Source of the DNA: an uncultured virus (IMG/VR IMGVR_UViG_3300027708_000002)
Taxonomy: Duplodnaviria; Heunggongvirae; Uroviricota; Caudoviricetes
Reading direction: 5' to 3' (one strand)
Virus record (IMG/VR): IMGVR_UViG_3300027708_000002
DNA: 20,000 nt
Below, piece by piece: positions 16,786 to 20,000 of this stretch. The position numbers and the translations under genes were made by a program. The notes below the pieces were generated by a model. It was not told the DNA's origin, did not search any database, and was given only the letters and a program-made list of their open reading frames with translations. The first letter of the stretch is position 1, and every line of letters starts with the position of its first letter.

Positions 16786-17026
16786 CCCCCCAGCGCCCTT
16801 TATCAATACCGGGCCTGTAGTGCATAACCCACCCCCACTCACTTGTTAGCTCGTGTACTTGCCGCACAAGTTCCAGCGTGTTTATGCAGGGGATGAACAC
16901 CGAAGAGTCCACCGGAAACTCATCCCAACGGACAACAATCCGCACCCCATCGGGTGCGATGTCGTTAATCCTAATCCTGTTTTTCGAACAGCGCGGCGGT
17001 TGTCGCCATAATTTGCTCAGTTTCAT
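16763..17026 (-). CDS. Small hypothetical protein (87 aa), possibly DNA-binding
   Basis: W..F.V..SVFIPC and C-terminal GVRIWR pattern seen in small phage proteins next to replication genes. Overlaps the primase 3' end by 56 nt; the exact start is uncertain. Confidence 0.7.
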   Translation of the reverse strand: MKLSKLWRQPPRCSKNRIRINDIAPDGVRIVVRWDEFPVDSSVFIPCINTLELVRQVHELTSEWGWVMHYRPGIDKGRWGVRIWRRL

Positions 17027-19820
17027 CGTTCAAAAACCCTGTGCAGTCCAGTATTAAAACGTCGGTCGGGGGCAGGTTTACACGGGTGCCTTTGCCAAGC
17101 CTAGCTTTGGTCTTAATCGCCTTTGTACCCCCCGTCTTAAGACCGTCCACAAACCCTGCATAGTTGATCTGCTGCTTGCCGCACCACTCTTTCAACGGCT
17201 TAACCAGCAAGTACAGCTTCTTAACGTCGTATTCATACCGCGCTACGAGTTGGCTTCGCGGTACGCCGTCTGGTTGCACGAGGTGATCCAGCATGCCAGC
17301 GGTAGTTCTTGAGTCATCAGTTGACTTAATACGGAGCATGTTGTTGTAGTTTTCTGCCATGTAGTCGGTCAGTTGGGACTCAACACTCACGTTCATCTCG
17401 CTAACCATAGCTTTGGCATCGGCCATAACTTTGATAATCCACTGCACAATCGGCGCAATTTTCCAATCAATCAGTCCCGCCTTTTTAGCTACCATCAACG
17501 CTGCAATATCACGTGAGGCCAAAGCAGACCAATACCTGTTTTCAGCGGAAAGCTGCGATTCTGTATCCAGTCTCTTCTGTACCGCCTTGGTAAGTTCGTT
17601 AACTGCATCCAAATTATTCAGGATGTACTGTACGAAAATCACACCAGCATGCCCGTAGTTGTCTTTTATAGCGGCGCTAAATACGTCGGTCTCAGCCTTG
17701 GTTGCAAACTTAACGGGCTCAACACGGCATTCAAGTACCCGCTGGGCTTCGGCTTGTGGCAGTGCTTTGTACAGTGCGATACGCTCTAGCATTGAGGTGT
17801 TACCCGTTGTGCCAAACAAAGTCTTCCAAGGCTTGCCTCGAACGCGCTCTACGTTACCCTTTGGCCCCATACGATTACGCTGCAAGCCACTAGGAATTTG
17901 GTACGCCCAGTCCGACAAGTCTTTTGGGCTAGTGTTGGTCATCTCGTCCATGTAGCAGACGATGTTCTTATACACCTCGGCACGATTCATTTTTGAATTG
18001 AACGTGTCTCGCTCCTGCATGACCAACAGATCGGGATCGCCCCAAACGGATGCACCTGCGTACATCGCCGTGGTCTTGCCCAAACCGGAACCCTTACTCC
18101 ATGCATGGAAAGCGGCAGCGTTGATAGGCTGAAACTCCATTAAGACAGAACCCAACGACAATCCAAACATGAACTGGTGCAACTCCATATTCGGCTGGTT
18201 GTAAAACTGCATGGTTTCTTTCCACTTCTCCAGCGTACCCTTAGTCTTAAAGATCGGGAACAGCCCTACGGTGGCAGAAGAGGGTGAACTTATGTCCACT
18301 CGGTCTTTAAAAATTTCCATGTTGCCAACAACAAACGACTCGTGGGATTTGTCTTTCCATCCAAACTGTCGGCATGCTTCGTCCGCCTCGGAGGTGAACT
18401 GCAACTCATTAACCCATTTCATTGTGTACTCCATAAGTTCTTGTACGTTAAGAACAGCCACGCCTTGTGAGGCAAGTAGCTTGCGAAATTCGTCTTTTGT
18501 ACCCACTGCGGTGAGGGGCACCATAAATTCTCGAACACCATCACGAGGGAGGTGCAACCGCATCACCACAGACTCCCCAATCTCAGGGTCAACTACGCGC
18601 CGGATGACATAAAGATCGTTGAAGTAAATCAGTTGGTCTTTGTCTTCCCCTTCCTCGTCTTTACCGTGCTTGAACACGCCACCGTTTTTACCCCTAAAAA
18701 ACGGGTGTGGGTACTTGGGTATCACGTATGCACGGGGGGTAGCCGCCGGTACGCCCAAGGGTTTTTCAAAAACTAAGTTGTCTGACTCTTCAGCTTCCTG
18801 AACTTCTCTTCCGAGGGCTATAGGAGAACTGATCTTGCCCCAGTGCGGACACTCACTACAAACACCCCCACGGTACTCGTCAAACCTGCTGCACAAGTAC
18901 GGGCCTTTGATCAGGTCTACCTTCTGCTCGGTGCTCTCAAATGTGTACTCAGGATGCTTCGATGAGATCTTATGGATTGCTTTACCGCCATCAACACAAA
19001 ATTTAGCTATCGACAACCCAGCCCTCCACAAGGGCTCTGATATGTTTGTTTGGTTGTTGATTACTTCCTTAAGTTGTTCACACCCAGTACCCGCAACGGT
19101 CTTGACCAAAATGGTCTTGAACTTGCTGATGTAGCTACCCGACAGGGCTTGCATCATTGCATCCTGCTGTCTAGGTACGTACTTCCTAGGTGGGGTCATC
19201 ACCGTTGCGTCGTCCCCTATGATGCTACAGAACGTGTCAAAGTCTACGGGTATACCGGGCTCCCCAACCAATACGACAGGTGCCGGAGGGTTAGACTTGT
19301 GGTTACTTGTATTGGGTACTCGTAGCACACGGGCCGCATCCGCTGGCACAGCAGGGTCTATCCGTAATCCTTTGGACTTGCACAGCCGCTTAAATTGTTC
19401 GGCAACATGCACCCAAGTTTCCCTAGCTACAGGGGTGGTTAGCGGCCAATACACGTGTATCCCACGACCGGAATTTATAAGCGTCGGGCGTGGTAGTTTT
19501 AGTTCTTTACAGAATATTCGTAACGCGCCTAGGGCTTCTGCCTGTGTCGCGTAGTCTTTATTTGGCCCACAGTCTATGTCTAAGAAGAATGACTTAAGCT
19601 GCTTTACGTTAGGTGCCTTGCGAGATCCAGCCTCTTCAAAAGTACCCAATGCAAAATAAGCGTCAAACCCTTCTGCGTTTAGATTGTGCGCAGCATGGAC
19701 GGCGGTATCGAGGTCGGTGTAAAACTTCTGAATCTTGCGTTCATCGGATAGCCGATTAGCCCAGACGCAGTAGAAACCTTCGCCCCCCAGTACCGACTCC
19801 AGAAATGTTTTTGTTTCCAT
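16971..19820 (-). CDS. DNA primase-helicase (AEP/RepB-like primase, Cys-rich domain, DUF927 helicase), ~949 aa
   Basis: ATG 19820 preferred over TTG 19829. Primase motifs FFLDID, NSGRGIHVYW and DAARVLRVPNT.N.K; Cys cluster GCEQL..KFC..PYLC..C..CPH; QFGW; Walker A SKGSGLGKTT; Walker B CYMDE; NYGHAG. Confidence 0.88.
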   Translation of the reverse strand: METKTFLESVLGGEGFYCVWANRLSDERKIQKFYTDLDTAVHAAHNLNAEGFDAYFALGTFEEAGSRKAPNVKQLKSFFLDIDCGPNKDYATQAEALGALRIFCKELKLPRPTLINSGRGIHVYWPLTTPVARETWVHVAEQFKRLCKSKGLRIDPAVPADAARVLRVPNTSNHKSNPPAPVVLVGEPGIPVDFDTFCSIIGDDATVMTPPRKYVPRQQDAMMQALSGSYISKFKTILVKTVAGTGCEQLKEVINNQTNISEPLWRAGLSIAKFCVDGGKAIHKISSKHPEYTFESTEQKVDLIKGPYLCSRFDEYRGGVCSECPHWGKISSPIALGREVQEAEESDNLVFEKPLGVPAATPRAYVIPKYPHPFFRGKNGGVFKHGKDEEGEDKDQLIYFNDLYVIRRVVDPEIGESVVMRLHLPRDGVREFMVPLTAVGTKDEFRKLLASQGVAVLNVQELMEYTMKWVNELQFTSEADEACRQFGWKDKSHESFVVGNMEIFKDRVDISSPSSATVGLFPIFKTKGTLEKWKETMQFYNQPNMELHQFMFGLSLGSVLMEFQPINAAAFHAWSKGSGLGKTTAMYAGASVWGDPDLLVMQERDTFNSKMNRAEVYKNIVCYMDEMTNTSPKDLSDWAYQIPSGLQRNRMGPKGNVERVRGKPWKTLFGTTGNTSMLERIALYKALPQAEAQRVLECRVEPVKFATKAETDVFSAAIKDNYGHAGVIFVQYILNNLDAVNELTKAVQKRLDTESQLSAENRYWSALASRDIAALMVAKKAGLIDWKIAPIVQWIIKVMADAKAMVSEMNVSVESQLTDYMAENYNNMLRIKSTDDSRTTAGMLDHLVQPDGVPRSQLVARYEYDVKKLYLLVKPLKEWCGKQQINYAGFVDGLKTGGTKAIKTKARLGKGTRVNLPPTDVLILDCTGFLNDETEQIMATTAALFEKQD

Positions 19821-19853
19821 AGCCGCCAATAGTTAAGGTTAAAGAGATGACTG

Positions 19854-19882
19854 AAAAGAAAGGGTGGGGAGCGACCCCACCC
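19854..19882 (-). terminator. Intrinsic terminator between the SSB-like gene and the primase-helicase
   Basis: Minus strand GGGTGGGG-TCGCT-CCCCACCC-TTTCTTTT, 10 nt after stop codon 19895-19893. Confidence 0.85.
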
Positions 19883-19892
19883 CTAAAAAGAA

Positions 19893-20000
19893 TCAGTCGT
19901 CCCAATCGCCAACTATGTCGCTCAAATCAGACTTCTCTTCCACCACAGGTGCGGCTTTCTTCGTAACCTTAATCGGCTCGGCTACGTCTTCAATGTCCAC
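19893..20000 (-). CDS. 3' end of a truncated gene with an acidic C-terminal tail (SSB/annealing-protein-like)
   Basis: Not in the ORF track. ...VDIEDVAEPIKVTKKAAPVVEEKSDLSDIVGDWDD* is a Pro/Lys linker plus an acidic/aromatic tail upstream of a primase-helicase. Function inferred. Confidence 0.65.
   Translation of the reverse strand: MDIEDVAEPIKVTKKAAPVVEEKSDLSDIVGDWDD

Noticed and set aside
17413..19554. + strand ORFs opposite the primase-helicase
   Set aside because: They are antisense shadows of a well-supported gene.

Overview
A 20-kb piece of a tailed dsDNA phage or prophage with podovirus-like organisation. The host is probably Gram-negative but cannot be determined from the sequence. 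The + strand (1-16682) is a tightly coupled late operon: two membrane/holin-like genes, an M15A peptidase endolysin, a tail/stabilisation protein, two small virion-associated genes, four internal-virion (ejection)-like genes and a 2104-aa polyvalent protein with a HExxH metallopeptidase and a PLxRFG-like domain. The - strand (20000-16763) carries the end of a replication module: the acidic C-terminus of an SSB-like protein, a terminator, a DUF927-type primase-helicase and a small overlapping gene. Three less obvious signals stand out. (1) An 82-aa gene appears to be overprinted in the +1 frame inside the giant gene (12433-12681), with the same GGAAGGTAAG-N4-ATG initiation region as its host gene. 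(2) A candidate ~70-nt small RNA with anti-Shine-Dalgarno segments, its own sigma70-like promoter and a terminator sits in the convergent junction (16681-16785, - strand). (3) A short [YMF]-[AK]-x-G-G peptide tag is shared by three different internal virion proteins. All family calls come from motif recognition by eye; no database search was run.
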